In this document: positions 39,599 to 53,782 of the stretch, one piece after another
Layout: each line of letters opens with the position of its first letter
Position numbering within the stretch: the stretch's first letter is position 1
Assembly: GCA_963665095.1 (NCBI GenBank)
Contig: OY762069.1
Location: 4,320,001 to 4,384,000 of the forward strand
DNA: 64,000 nt
DNA from: an uncultured Desulfobacter sp.
GTDB taxonomy: Bacteria > Desulfobacterota > Desulfobacteria > Desulfobacterales > Desulfobacteraceae
Reading direction: 5' to 3'
The notes under the pieces: model-generated
Databases searched by the model: none
What the model was told of the DNA's origin: nothing
The model's input: only the letters and a program-made list of their open reading frames with translations
Program-made: the position numbers and the translations under genes

Positions 39599-40531
39599 TT
39601 AGCTTTTTTTCTGCAGTTGCTGACGCCGACGCTCAAAGAATCCGGCTCCCAAGAGCCCAAGCCCTAGTAAAAAGAAGGTAGCTGGTTCTGGGATTTGAGA
39701 CGTCTCATAGTCAATAGTGGATGCTGTGTAAAGGACATCATTGCCACAACTCATCTGCCAGTGCATCTGGGCATAATCGCTGTTGGCAAAAAGGCTTTGC
39801 AAATCGGTATCCAGAGAGGCCAGAGAAATGGCAAGTTCAAGGGTGTATGTGCCATTATCATAGCTAAATCCATATGAACCCCAATCCGTAGATCCTGAAT
39901 TTCCATAAGATCTGCAGGAATTCCAAGAATTTGACAGCGTTGCAACTGCGCTATCTGAATTTTCTGAATCAGCACTGTATACCAAGCCTGTGTTGGTAAA
40001 ATTATAGCTATTATCCGTATATTCTTTACTAAGATTACCCCAATAAAAATCCAGACCGGTCAGCTTGTCGCAACGATTAAAATTAAAACTCAGAGCAAGA
40101 TTAGACGCCTCGTTAAGCGCTGTTACAGACTCAGGAGTAGCACTATCCCCAAGCTGGAATATAAAGTCGCCGGTATTGATTCTATTGGCTCCTGATTGAG
40201 TAAAATCATAGGTTGTCTGCAAACCGATATAAAGGTAACCGTCATTAATATAAAGGCCTAAATTTTGTGCATCATAACCGCTCCCCGAATTTCCTCCATA
40301 CTCCACATGGGTGTTTCCTCTGGAATTAAGAAACGGGTTTATATTATTATGAGGTGGATTAGAAGTAACTCTGGTTGACAGCCCAGTCTGCCACTCTTGC
40401 GACCCAGAGTAATAATACATAACGCCATCCATAGAACTCGTAGAAGGCGCAGCCAAAGCCGGTCCACAAAAGAAACAGGAAAAAGATAACATTATACAGG
40501 CAAAACTTCCAAAAATTGATTTCATGATCAC
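39599..40531 (-). CDS. PEP-CTERM sorting domain surface protein
   Basis: Signal peptide; S/T/N/G/Y-rich body; HWQMSCGNDV; C-terminal IPEPATFFLLGLGLLGAGFFERRR. Confidence 0.95.
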   Translation of the reverse strand: MIMKSIFGSFACIMLSFSCFFCGPALAAPSTSSMDGVMYYYSGSQEWQTGLSTRVTSNPPHNNINPFLNSRGNTHVEYGGNSGSGYDAQNLGLYINDGYLYIGLQTTYDFTQSGANRINTGDFIFQLGDSATPESVTALNEASNLALSFNFNRCDKLTGLDFYWGNLSKEYTDNSYNFTNTGLVYSADSENSDSAVATLSNSWNSCRSYGNSGSTDWGSYGFSYDNGTYTLELAISLASLDTDLQSLFANSDYAQMHWQMSCGNDVLYTASTIDYETSQIPEPATFFLLGLGLLGAGFFERRRQQLQKKS

Positions 40532-40580
40532 ATATCCTTATATAAATGAATAAACTGTCACAAACGTGAAATATTCAACT

Positions 40581-40596
40581 TGCAATCATAGTGCCA
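40581..40596 (-). promoter_or_regulatory. Sigma-54 (-24/-12) promoter of the PEP-CTERM gene
   Basis: Minus strand TGGCACTATGATTGCA matches TGGCAC-N5-TTGCW, ~50 bp upstream of the start. Confidence 0.85.
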
Positions 40597-40661
40597 TAGA
40601 TCGATTTAAATCATACAAAACGAGCATTTTTTATTAATTACCCAGTATTTTTGATCTTTCC

Positions 40662-40689
40662 TTAGCACCAAAGAACGCTTTGGTGCTAA
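40662..40689. promoter_or_regulatory. Perfect 12-bp inverted repeat (terminator of prsT or activator site)
   Basis: TTAGCACCAAAG-aacg-CTTTGGTGCTAA. Confidence 0.5.
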
Positions 40690-40800
40690 AATTTTCTGAA
40701 ACAGTAGACCTCTCACAAAGAGATATGGTTATAAAAGCCATAACACTATGAAAAAAAAGTAATAGCCCTGGAATAATTTTACCATAATCATCAAACAGAT

Positions 40801-43149
40801 TTAATTCAGCATCTGCCTGGCAGTCTCCGCATCCTTAAATTCAGGATCAAGCTCAAGAGCTTTTTTCAGATATCTCCTTGCCTTTTCAAACTCCCTGTTC
40901 CTATATAAGGCCATTCCGTAGTGAAACCAGGCAAGCGCACTGTCCGACTTTATTTTCAGACTCTCTTCAAACTCCGACAGAGCATTGAGATAATTACCCT
41001 TTTGATAATATATCCAGCCCAGTGTATCCATGACATCTGCATTTTTTGGAGCCTTTTCACGGGCTTTTGTAGCATAAAGCAGGGCCTCATCTGTGCCACC
41101 CTTCTTTTCCGACAAAATAAAAGCAAGGTTGTTAGCAGCGTCCACATGATCCGGCGTCTCACCCAGAACCTTTCGATAATATATTTCGGCTTTCTCTATG
41201 TTTCCTTTCTGGTGGTGAATTGTTCCTATGGCAAACAGAGCAGGAACATATCTTGGATTAATGGACTCAACTTCTTTCAATAATTCAAGCCCCATTTTAT
41301 AGTCGCGACGGCCTAAATATACCGCAGCCATATGCATACGCGGCATAATATATTTTGGATTCATATCAGCCGATTTGACAAAATGTTCAAAGGCTTTCTC
41401 TGCCTGGCCGCTGGCCATAAAGACCTCACCCTTCAAATTGGCAAAAAACGCGGCAGAATCATCAGGCGCCTTGACTGACATAGCGTTAATTGTTTCAAGG
41501 GCCATATCGAATTGTTTTTGGACTATAAAAATATTAGTCATCAGCTTGATTAAACCGGGTTTGCTCTGATTCGGCATTATATCAAAGGCTTCCCGATAAT
41601 ATTCCAGAGCCTGGTCATACTCCCTGTTGTTTTCATGCAGCTTTCCCAATCTAACATAAGCAGGGAAATAGTCGGGCCTGTCTTTGATAATGGCCATAAG
41701 GATCTGCCTGGCAGCGTCAATATCACCTTCTATAAGTTTGAGACCTGACATCAGAGACATGGTTTTAATATCTGTCGGTGCCAGCCCTAAAATATCATTC
41801 ATCTGCTTCCTGGCTTCAATAACATTTCCCTCAAGCAGATAAATTTCTAACAGCTTGCGTCTGGCCTCCAGGTGCCGGGGGTTAATTGTGACGACAGCCA
41901 GAAGATTGGTTTTAACCTGGTCCTTTTCAAACGCAGCCGGATCATCCAGCATTCCGGCTGCGGCACGGAAAATTTTTTGTTCCGGCCGATCAGAAGCACC
42001 CCTTGCCTCTATGCATTCAGCCCTATAGTAATATGCTTGCGCATTAACTTTATCCTGTGCCACAACCTGATCAAACAGATCAAGTGCCCCACTGAAATCT
42101 CCCTTAGCCATAAGCACCCGACCTTTCTGGAACAGGGCACCTACATATTCATTATCCGCTGTCAGTGCTTTTTCAATAAACGTGCTTGCTTCTTCCACCC
42201 GGTTAAAATGGAGAAACACTTGAGCCAGATTGGTTAGTACCTGTGGGGAGTCCGGCTTTTTCGCCATTGCGTTTTTCATGGTAATAACAGCCTTGCTCTC
42301 CTGGTTCATTCTGGTATAGAACTCCGCCAGATTCATCAAAGATCCGACGTTTCCGGGGTCGATATCCACTGCCTTTTGAAAATATGTCTCGGCCTTGTCA
42401 AATTGACGGCAGCTCTGGTAAAACATTGCCATGTCCGAATTTTTCTCTATTTTTGAACCAGGCGTCTCAAGCACGCTTTTTAACAACGTTTCGGCATCGT
42501 CCCATTTTTTCTGGGCAATATAAAGGCGGACCAGGCCCATATATGCAGTTCGAGATTCGCTATCGGCATTAATTGCATGTTTGTATGCCTGCTCAGCTTT
42601 TCCAGGGTTGTTATTCTGAATATATAATGAAGCCAGAGAAATATAGGTTTTAATATTTTTATCGTCTATATTGGCCGCCTTTTCCAGGGTCTCAATAGCA
42701 GCCTTGATATCCCTCTCTTTCACCTGGATGCCGGAAAGGATGTGATGCGCTGAAACCGAATCAGGAGAGACTTTTAACGCATTTGTAATATCATGTCTTG
42801 CCTCCAACAGGGCTCCTGTCTGCATATGTATCTGGGCAAGACGAAGGTAGGCAAGTATACTGTCTGGATCGGCCTTAGCAGCCAAATTATAATATCTAAC
42901 GGCATTGCTGATTTCTTTGTTGAGGACATACGCCTCGGCAAGCTCGAACAGAATCCCACCGTTATTCGGATCCAGATTCACGGCATTTCTGTATTCAATG
43001 ATAGCAGTCTGTACTTTTCGCTGGGCCAGGAACTTACGCGCACTTTCCACATGTCCCTGGGCCAGTTTTTGATCATTATCTGCACACCCAATCATGAGTA
43101 TTAAAAAACAGCCTGAAATTAACCGAAACAAGGGGCTGTATCGAGACAT
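40801..43149 (-). CDS. prsT: TPR-repeat lipoprotein PrsT-like
   Basis: Lipobox-like MIGC; many TPRs; AANNLAFIL...DTLGWIYY; PEP-CTERM context. Confidence 0.8.
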   Translation of the reverse strand: MSRYSPLFRLISGCFLILMIGCADNDQKLAQGHVESARKFLAQRKVQTAIIEYRNAVNLDPNNGGILFELAEAYVLNKEISNAVRYYNLAAKADPDSILAYLRLAQIHMQTGALLEARHDITNALKVSPDSVSAHHILSGIQVKERDIKAAIETLEKAANIDDKNIKTYISLASLYIQNNNPGKAEQAYKHAINADSESRTAYMGLVRLYIAQKKWDDAETLLKSVLETPGSKIEKNSDMAMFYQSCRQFDKAETYFQKAVDIDPGNVGSLMNLAEFYTRMNQESKAVITMKNAMAKKPDSPQVLTNLAQVFLHFNRVEEASTFIEKALTADNEYVGALFQKGRVLMAKGDFSGALDLFDQVVAQDKVNAQAYYYRAECIEARGASDRPEQKIFRAAAGMLDDPAAFEKDQVKTNLLAVVTINPRHLEARRKLLEIYLLEGNVIEARKQMNDILGLAPTDIKTMSLMSGLKLIEGDIDAARQILMAIIKDRPDYFPAYVRLGKLHENNREYDQALEYYREAFDIMPNQSKPGLIKLMTNIFIVQKQFDMALETINAMSVKAPDDSAAFFANLKGEVFMASGQAEKAFEHFVKSADMNPKYIMPRMHMAAVYLGRRDYKMGLELLKEVESINPRYVPALFAIGTIHHQKGNIEKAEIYYRKVLGETPDHVDAANNLAFILSEKKGGTDEALLYATKAREKAPKNADVMDTLGWIYYQKGNYLNALSEFEESLKIKSDSALAWFHYGMALYRNREFEKARRYLKKALELDPEFKDAETARQMLN

Positions 43150-43210
43150 TTAAACATCCTTTCGCAACTATCTTGAATTCATTTTTGACTGGAAGCCTAT
43201 ATACCTTTTT

Positions 43211-44440
43211 TTATTCAGAAAGGCCATTAATTTTAACTCGGTAAAGGGGATCTCCCACAAGGACCTGCTTCCATGAGAGGTATGGCAGACTGACCAAATA
43301 AGATTCCGCCAGCGTCAGTCTTTCCTTAATCAGAAAATCGAAAAAAATTTCAGGAAGAGGGAAGGACTGAACATAGGGTTCGCCTACGGGACCAATGGTT
43401 GCAGCAACGCCTTTATCCAGCATTTTTTTGCACCAGACGTTGCTTGATTTACTTTTAAGGGTCGCACATTCCGAACTTGCGATATGATATCCCACTGACC
43501 CTTTTTCCCAGGTAAAGGCGTCCACGTAATTGGCCAGGCTGTACCACCCGCAGTAAAGAGCTGTGTTCGGGCAATCCCCGGGCTGGAACAGCTCCTGTTT
43601 GTCATCCAGCACCACGTTAAGCCCGACTTTTTTCAGCCGGCCCGCTGCGTTATGGATGGATTTATCATAGAGTCCGTATCCGGACACTTTCTTTTTTCCC
43701 GGGTCTTTCCATCTTGCGTCAAAATATGCAGTCCCGGACAGGCCTTTATTTTCAGCCTCCATGCTGTCATTAACGATTCTTTTAACAATATCCGGGGCTG
43801 CGCCGTCCAGCCGGCTGACCATGATTACCTCAGCCTTGTCAATGGCTGTCTTTTGTGACTGCCACGGCAAAAAAAAGGGATTGGGCAACCAGAAATTAAG
43901 ATTGTAATCTTTTTTCTTTACAAGCATTAACTCAGAGTCCAGTGACGCTGCTTTATCTGTGGTAGTTTTCAGCTGACTGATTCTTTTATTCACCCGGTCA
44001 AGCTGCTTTTTATCATCCTCAGACAACTGCCCGTTTTTCTCTTCAAGGTCGTTAAACTTTTTTTTCTCAGCCTCCAGGCGGTCCATTTGTGCCTGTTCGC
44101 TTTTTGTCATACCGGGAGGGGAAATTTTTAACGGCATGCCGTATATGGTAACTATGGCATTAATCTTTCTGTTTTTTTCCAGAGCTCTTCTGACCGGGGG
44201 CACTATCTTTTTGACATAATCCTCACGCGAACAGCCCTCCTTATCTGTGACAAACACCAGTTGTAAATTTTCTTTGGGAATGCCTCTTTTTTTCATGTAC
44301 CAGGCAGCAAGCCCCTTACTGCTTCCTGCATTTCGGTTTGCAAGGACAAGCACTTCATCCGGAGATAAGGCAAACGCCGGCAGGATTGAAAAAATAAACA
44401 CTAAAATCAGGGCCGAAAAAAAATTAACCCACAAACGCAT
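43211..44440 (-). CDS. TIGR03790-like exported protein
   Basis: Signal peptide; VLVLAN, ASLDSEL, MVSRLDG, LYCGWYS, GYHIASSE, ATIGPVGEPY, VGDPLY. Confidence 0.75.
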   Translation of the reverse strand: MRLWVNFFSALILVFIFSILPAFALSPDEVLVLANRNAGSSKGLAAWYMKKRGIPKENLQLVFVTDKEGCSREDYVKKIVPPVRRALEKNRKINAIVTIYGMPLKISPPGMTKSEQAQMDRLEAEKKKFNDLEEKNGQLSEDDKKQLDRVNKRISQLKTTTDKAASLDSELMLVKKKDYNLNFWLPNPFFLPWQSQKTAIDKAEVIMVSRLDGAAPDIVKRIVNDSMEAENKGLSGTAYFDARWKDPGKKKVSGYGLYDKSIHNAAGRLKKVGLNVVLDDKQELFQPGDCPNTALYCGWYSLANYVDAFTWEKGSVGYHIASSECATLKSKSSNVWCKKMLDKGVAATIGPVGEPYVQSFPLPEIFFDFLIKERLTLAESYLVSLPYLSWKQVLVGDPLYRVKINGLSE

Positions 44441-45477
44441 TATGTCTCCCCCTGCCTGTTCAGGTGGTTCATATACCAGAGGGCCGCTTCATCCAGTCCG
44501 TCCTGAACTGAGTAATGAGGGCTGTATCCCAAAAGCTTCCTGGCTTTTGAGATGTCTGCCAGGGAGTGGCGGACATCGCCGGGCCTGAAATCCCTGTGTT
44601 CGGGGACGGCACCGGCCCGGTCTGGGAGCGTGGCCGCCACCCTGTCACGGATCATGCCAAAAAGCTGGTTCAGGGTGGTGCGCTGTCCAAAGGCAACATT
44701 ATATATATGGTCTGCCGCCTCTTCCCCGGCAGTGGCCGCAAGCAGGTTTGCCTGGACGCAATTGTCAATAAAACAGAAATCCCGACTGGTCTCACCGTCA
44801 CCATTTATATATACGGTATTTTTGCGGATCAATGCGCCAAACCACAGTGGAATTACCGCAGCATAGGCACCATTGGGGTCCTGCCGGCGGCCAAATACGT
44901 TGAAATACCGAAGCCCGATACTTTTAAACCCGTAGGTGGCGGAAAAAACTTTTGCGTACAGCTCATTTACCAGCTTTGTCACAGCATATGGAGACAGGGG
45001 ATTGCCGATTTTATCTTCCTGTTTGGGAAGATCCGGGTGATCCCCATAGGTAGAACTTGAGGCGGCATAGACAAATCGTTTCACCCCGGCATCCCGGGCT
45101 GCCGTCAGCATGTTTAAAAACCCGGTTATATTGTTTTCATTGGTGGTCAACGGATCGGCAACAGACCGGGGAACGGAGCCCAGGGCGGCCTGATGCAGGA
45201 CATAATCCTGGTTTTTGCAGGTCATCACGCAGGTATCGGCATTGGTGATATCCCCTTCAATAAAGGAAAAATTCTGCCATGCATCAGCGCCAACCGCCTC
45301 TTTGACCTGGTCCAGATTGTGCTGAAACCCCGTTGAAAAATTATCCAGTCCGGTCACTTTCTGCCCGAGATCAAGCAAGGTTTCCAGAAGGTTTGAACCA
45401 ATGAAACCGGCACACCCGGTAACCAGCCATGCCCGGGGGCTTTTTTTCAACGCCTCAATTGTTTGGGAATATTTCAT
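44440..45477 (-). CDS. UDP-GlcNAc(A) 4-epimerase (WbpP/TviC-like SDR)
   Basis: [46 protein letters not shown]. Confidence 0.9.
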   Translation of the reverse strand: MKYSQTIEALKKSPRAWLVTGCAGFIGSNLLETLLDLGQKVTGLDNFSTGFQHNLDQVKEAVGADAWQNFSFIEGDITNADTCVMTCKNQDYVLHQAALGSVPRSVADPLTTNENNITGFLNMLTAARDAGVKRFVYAASSSTYGDHPDLPKQEDKIGNPLSPYAVTKLVNELYAKVFSATYGFKSIGLRYFNVFGRRQDPNGAYAAVIPLWFGALIRKNTVYINGDGETSRDFCFIDNCVQANLLAATAGEEAADHIYNVAFGQRTTLNQLFGMIRDRVAATLPDRAGAVPEHRDFRPGDVRHSLADISKARKLLGYSPHYSVQDGLDEAALWYMNHLNRQGET

Positions 45478-45510
45478 CTTAATAGAGTTCTCCTTAAAAA
45501 GCTGAGCTAA

Positions 45511-46230
45511 TTACCACAGTTCCCAGTGGCCGGAATAATAGACATAAAGAGCCAGACCGATATTGGTTGTCCCATGGGCAATGATGCAGGAGATCAGATC
45601 TTTTCTCCATATCCACAAAAAAACCATCAACGCCCCATAAGCAATGGCCGCCGGCCACTCACCAACCAGATGGCCGGCGGCAAATATAACCGTTGAAATA
45701 ATCACCGCATACGAGGTCCACTGGCCTGGTGCCACATCAAAGATACTGGCATCATCCAGGGCCGCAGAAAAGGGCTTTACCGTTCCTTTCCTGCGCAAAA
45801 GATCCCACTGCAGGGCAACCCGGAAAACAAATCCGCGCATGAACAGCTCTTCAAACACCGGCACCACAAAACCGGCTGTCACCAGTCTGAGGGTAAACGC
45901 TGTGTTGGACCACGGTTCGCTCTCTTCCGGCGTCGTAAAAGGGGCATACAGTCCGCACCAGACTACCAGGCCGATGATGCCGAAAACAATGCCCCACAAA
46001 CTGGAAACCCATCTGTTTTTCGGACCGGTTAATGGAACGTACCATTTCCAGGCCCAGAACAAAAGCCCGGGCACAATGACCAGCTTCATGATATAAATCA
46101 TTTCCTCCGGCAGCTTGTTGTGCAACACTGAAGAAAGGGCGACATAAGCAAAATAGGGCGCTATATAGGGGATAAGCAGATCCATATTTTTCCACTGTTC
46201 CCGGGATGAAGCTGTGCCGGATGCGTTCAC
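45511..46230 (-). CDS. CAAX prenyl protease-related (CPBP) protein, PEP-CTERM system-associated
   Basis: VVPVFEELFMRGF, FAAGH, CIIAHGTTN; start may be the ATG at 46185. Confidence 0.85.
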   Translation of the reverse strand: MNASGTASSREQWKNMDLLIPYIAPYFAYVALSSVLHNKLPEEMIYIMKLVIVPGLLFWAWKWYVPLTGPKNRWVSSLWGIVFGIIGLVVWCGLYAPFTTPEESEPWSNTAFTLRLVTAGFVVPVFEELFMRGFVFRVALQWDLLRRKGTVKPFSAALDDASIFDVAPGQWTSYAVIISTVIFAAGHLVGEWPAAIAYGALMVFLWIWRKDLISCIIAHGTTNIGLALYVYYSGHWELW

Positions 46231-46422
46231 AGGAATTCCTTTTTATGGCCTGAGTGAAAACCAAACAGATAAACTAAAGTTAGAATTTATATTTCTTTTT
46301 TACTGCAAATCAAGGAAAAATCCCTTGAAGATTAATAAAGAAATGTTAGGTTAGTGCCCTGCAATAATTTAAAATGCTGTATACCACAAGAGCGGGGTCC
46401 AGCACCAGGAGAGATAGGCAAA

Positions 46423-47373
46423 ATGTTTTTTCAGGCAGGTATCACCGTATTCAACGCCATTTTTCAACTGTTCCTCATTGCCTTTATTGCTGTGATCTGC
46501 GTTAGAGCCGAACTGGTCTCTGCCCCTCAGATCAAGGCGTTGTCCGGTGTGACGGTGAACATTTTTCTGCCCTGCATGATCATGGCAAAAACAGTGACCA
46601 GTTTTCACCCCGGGCAGCTGCATTTCTGGTGGACCCTGCCTCTGTCGGGCATCGCCATTGTAATAAGCGGATTGATTTTCAGCGCTCTGCTGTTCCGGTT
46701 CAATGCAGAAAAAAAACACTTTATGGTCCTGGCAGGCATGCAGAACGCCTTATATATTGTTCTGCCCATCGGCCACCTTCTGTTTCCGGATCAGTTTGAC
46801 CTGTTTGCCCTTTATTGTTTCCTTCTGGTGCTGGGCCTGAACCCCATTATGTGGAGCCTGGGCAAAGTCATGCTGGCCAAAGAGGCGCCCGTCCGGCTCA
46901 ATTTAAAAAGTATAATCACCCCGCCGTTGAGCGCTATTTTTATCTCGGTTGCACTGGTGCTTTTTCACCTGGCGCCCATGATCCCCCGGCCGGTTATTGC
47001 GGCCATGGATCTTCTTGGCGGCGCCACCATCCCCTTAGCGGTCTTCATACTTGGCGGAACCATCGGGGCCATCTCTTTTAAGGACTTACCCTGCATGAAA
47101 GATATCATCACAGTTGCCGTTGTAAAATTTATCCTTGTGCCCGGATGTACCTTTGCCGTGCTCGGCTTTTCAGGGCACTGCACTGCCAGTCCGCTTATCT
47201 GCAGCATGCTTATGATTCAGGCATCGTCACCGCCGGCGACCAACCTGGCGCTTATCGCAGAGAACTACGGCGGAGATACCCGGGCGGTCTCTTCCATGAT
47301 GCTGGTGCAATACCTGATTGCCATTGTCATGATGCCTGCATGGATTGCCTTGTGGCAGTATTATAAGTCTTGA
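46423..47373 (+). CDS. AEC (auxin efflux carrier/malate permease) family transporter
   Basis: ~10 TM; IFLPC, QNA.Y..LP, IITPPL, VKFILVP, SPPATN; ATG at 46423 after AGGAGA. Confidence 0.85.
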   Translation: MFFQAGITVFNAIFQLFLIAFIAVICVRAELVSAPQIKALSGVTVNIFLPCMIMAKTVTSFHPGQLHFWWTLPLSGIAIVISGLIFSALLFRFNAEKKHFMVLAGMQNALYIVLPIGHLLFPDQFDLFALYCFLLVLGLNPIMWSLGKVMLAKEAPVRLNLKSIITPPLSAIFISVALVLFHLAPMIPRPVIAAMDLLGGATIPLAVFILGGTIGAISFKDLPCMKDIITVAVVKFILVPGCTFAVLGFSGHCTASPLICSMLMIQASSPPATNLALIAENYGGDTRAVSSMMLVQYLIAIVMMPAWIALWQYYKS

Positions 47374-47579
47374 CCTGCCCTGTCAGGTATGGGATATAAG
47401 AATTTTTAAAAAAGCAATAGATTGCTTATTTATTAGCTAAAACAGATTTACCCATTGAATATTCTTCAATATAAGAAGGCGGTTTGCCAGATTCTTTACA
47501 AGCCCGCTCTTTTGTTATATTGTTCAAACGTTTATATATTGGGATTAAATCCGCTTCTCATTACCATTCAACGAGGTGA

Positions 47580-51098
<3,519 letters not shown>

Positions 51099-51101
<3 letters not shown>

Positions 51102-51252
51102 TGTTTGAACGAAAAGTCACCCACCTGCGGCGTTGCTGCACAAAGCTGCAATCCTCACGTACTTTAGTACGCTCCGGTTGCAGCTTTGCTTGCGCCTTGC
51201 ATCTGGGCAACTTTTCGTCCAAACACCCCAAACGGGGTTTTCGTTCAGACTA
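51099..51252 (+). repeat. Structured REP/MITE-like repeat, copy 1
   Basis: GTGTTTGAACGAAAA...CTGCGGCGTTGCTGCACAAAGCTG...CGTACTTTAGTACG...CAGCTTTGCTTGCGCCTTGCATCTGGGCAA...CCAAACAC; overlaps the nifJ TAG. Confidence 0.9.
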
Positions 51253-51306
51253 TCGATAACAGACCGCCGGTTTTCCGGCAGTCGCTCTCACCGACATGAC
51301 AGATAT

Positions 51307-51346
51307 AAAGGGGTGGTGCATGGTTGCACTACCCCTTTTATTTTTT
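51307..51346 (+). terminator. Intrinsic terminator after nifJ
   Basis: aaaggggtggtgca / tgcactacccctttt followed by a T-rich tail. Confidence 0.75.
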
Positions 51347-51446
51347 GTGAAAAGGCCTGCAACGGCGAGATTAACTGCTTGATCCGAAAGTTTGCTCATG
51401 TTAAACTTTTTTTCATTTTATTAAAAAACCAGCAGGAAAAACGCCG

Positions 51447-52055
51447 ATGCCCCCACGCATGGAAGTCAAAGTCAAAGAGGAAGTGGCCGCCCTGAATCTG
51501 GGTAACAAAATCAGAAACCTTCGGAAACAAAGGGCGCTGACCCTTCAGGAGGTTTCGGAGTTGACAGGGCTTTCCAAACCGTTGCTCTCCCAGATTGAAA
51601 ATAATATTGCGGCCCCTCCCATTGCCACCCTGATTAAAATTTCCACAGCTTTAGGGGTAAAAATCTCCCACTTTTTCCAGGACCAGAACATGGATGACCG
51701 TATCGTGGTGGTCAGACAAGAGGACAGGTACAGTGTTAAAAAACTGTTCCACCACAAGGAAGAATCCCAGGTGGGGTACCGGTGGGAATCCCTGGCCTAT
51801 CCCATGGTGGGGAAACAGATGGAGCCCTTTGTTGTAGAGATCCAGCCCCGGGAGGAGGAAGACCTGCTGTATAACGACCACCAGGGAGAAGAGTTTCATT
51901 TTATTCTGGACGGCATTGTGGAATTCCGGACTGCTGACCAGATTCACCGTCTTAATAAGGGAGACAGCCTTTATTTTGACTCCAGCATCCCCCATGCCCT
52001 TCGGGGAATCGACGGCAGGGCCACCTCCCTGATCGTAATTTTTACCCCGAAATAG
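51447..52055 (+). CDS. XRE-family HTH-cupin transcriptional regulator (PuuR-like)
   Basis: LGNKIRNLR...LSQIEN HTH; MEPF, HQGEEF, GDSLYFDS.IPH cupin. Confidence 0.9.
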   Translation: MPPRMEVKVKEEVAALNLGNKIRNLRKQRALTLQEVSELTGLSKPLLSQIENNIAAPPIATLIKISTALGVKISHFFQDQNMDDRIVVVRQEDRYSVKKLFHHKEESQVGYRWESLAYPMVGKQMEPFVVEIQPREEEDLLYNDHQGEEFHFILDGIVEFRTADQIHRLNKGDSLYFDSSIPHALRGIDGRATSLIVIFTPK

Positions 52056-52075
52056 TCCCCAACCAGAGCAAAAAC

Positions 52076-53782
52076 ATGAAAAAATATATTTTACTCATTA
52101 TTTCCGCATGCATTATTTTGCCCTATGTGGCTGCAGCACAATCAGATCCATCCCAGGCACTGCCCGGGGAGATTATGGAAACCCAGGCATCAGAGGCCCC
52201 GGAACAACAGGTAAATACAACCGGCATTCCCCAAAATACCATTGAAATGCTCAAATCCATTGTCCGACTGAAAAACACCTTAAGACAGCGTATGGATGAA
52301 AAAAAGCTGGCCATGGACAGAGCCGGTTCCGAAACCGAAAAAAAATATCTGGAAGCAGAACTGGCTAACCTGGATAAGCAGATGGCAGACGCTGTCTCAG
52401 ATTTTGAACAGATTGCCACAGGCGTGGACACCGGCTTGTTTATTGCCAAAAAAAATGAGCGGTTTGACTGGAAAGAGGAAGTTCTTTCCCTGGCCGAACC
52501 CGGTATTATGGAGCTTAAACGCCTCACTGTCAAAGCCAGGCACAAATCAAAACTAAATGATGAGCTGGACAGTTACGAAGAACTGCTTCCCGTGGCAGTT
52601 AAGGCCAGAGCCCGCATTGAGGACCTGGTTTCCCGGGCTGAAGACCCGGTTCTGGTATCATCTTTAAAAGACCTTTTGCCTGAATACAAAGGGATTGAAA
52701 GTCAGATCAAAAACAAGGCAGACCTGATCCGCATGCAGCTTAACGAAATTAAGCGGGAAGAGGCATCAGTCATAGACAGCACCCAGAGCTCTGTTAAAAA
52801 ATTTTTCAAGACACGGGGGCTGTATCTGGTTTTTGCCGTTCTGGCCTGCTTTGGCGTGGTACTGATCCTCAAATTTCTCTACCAGAGCCTGATCCGTCTT
52901 GTTCCCGGATACAAGCTTGCATACAGGCCGTTCCATATTCGATTGCTGGAGCTGATGTATCGGCTCATGATGCTTATACTGACCGTACTGGCAGTTATTG
53001 CGGTTTTTTATCTTGTTGAGGACTGGGTCCTGCTCTCGTTGGCCATTATCTTCATCATGGGAGTGGTCTGGGCTGCCAAGCACACCCTTCCGGTGTATAT
53101 GGAGCAAAGTCGGCTGATGCTCAACATCGGGCCCGTCAGAGAAGGCGAACGAATGATTTACCAGGGTGTGCCCTGGCTGGTTAAGCATATCAATTTCTAT
53201 TCCCTGCTGGAAAATCCCACCCTTGGGATTACCCTCAGGGTACCCATTTCAGAGCTGATGGATAAAACATCCAGGTCATTTCATCCTGACGAACCCTGGT
53301 TTCCGTGCCGGAAAAATGACTGGGTGATCCTGTCTGACGGCACAAGGGGCGGCGTGACCCAGATGACCCATGACACCGTGGAACTGGTTTTAAGGGGGGG
53401 CGCAAAAAAAACATATCAGACAGCAGACTTTCTGGGCATGAATCCCTTGAACCTGTCAGTGAACTTCAGGCTGAAGGTGCCTTTCGGCATTGGTTACGGG
53501 CACCAGAAAGATGCCACAACGGCTATACCGGACCTGTTGTCCGCCTTTATCCGGGAACAGATTGAAAAAGAAGGATATGCCGAAGAACTGCTCAACCTGC
53601 GGGTGGAATTTGCCGAAGCCGGGGCGTCATCTTTGGATCTTGTGGTGATCGCAGATTTCAAAGGCAGTCAGGCGCCCATATACAACCGTTTGAATCGCAG
53701 CATTCAAAGATGGTGTGTGGATGCCGCGACCCGTCACGGCTGGGATATTCCCTTTCCACAGGTTACGGTCCATCAGGCCTGA
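52076..53782 (+). CDS. MscS-like mechanosensitive channel with periplasmic coiled coil
   Basis: Signal peptide, coiled coil, TM helices, FAEAGASSLD, IPFPQVTVH C-terminus. Confidence 0.6.
   Translation: MKKYILLIISACIILPYVAAAQSDPSQALPGEIMETQASEAPEQQVNTTGIPQNTIEMLKSIVRLKNTLRQRMDEKKLAMDRAGSETEKKYLEAELANLDKQMADAVSDFEQIATGVDTGLFIAKKNERFDWKEEVLSLAEPGIMELKRLTVKARHKSKLNDELDSYEELLPVAVKARARIEDLVSRAEDPVLVSSLKDLLPEYKGIESQIKNKADLIRMQLNEIKREEASVIDSTQSSVKKFFKTRGLYLVFAVLACFGVVLILKFLYQSLIRLVPGYKLAYRPFHIRLLELMYRLMMLILTVLAVIAVFYLVEDWVLLSLAIIFIMGVVWAAKHTLPVYMEQSRLMLNIGPVREGERMIYQGVPWLVKHINFYSLLENPTLGITLRVPISELMDKTSRSFHPDEPWFPCRKNDWVILSDGTRGGVTQMTHDTVELVLRGGAKKTYQTADFLGMNPLNLSVNFRLKVPFGIGYGHQKDATTAIPDLLSAFIREQIEKEGYAEELLNLRVEFAEAGASSLDLVVIADFKGSQAPIYNRLNRSIQRWCVDAATRHGWDIPFPQVTVHQA

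Noticed and set aside
51133..51495. Small ORFs overlapping the repeats (also 60972-61409, 61658-61840, 61755-61970, 61766-61948)
   Set aside because: Their shared peptides (LCAATPQV, RLASGQLFVQT) are translations of the non-coding repeat.
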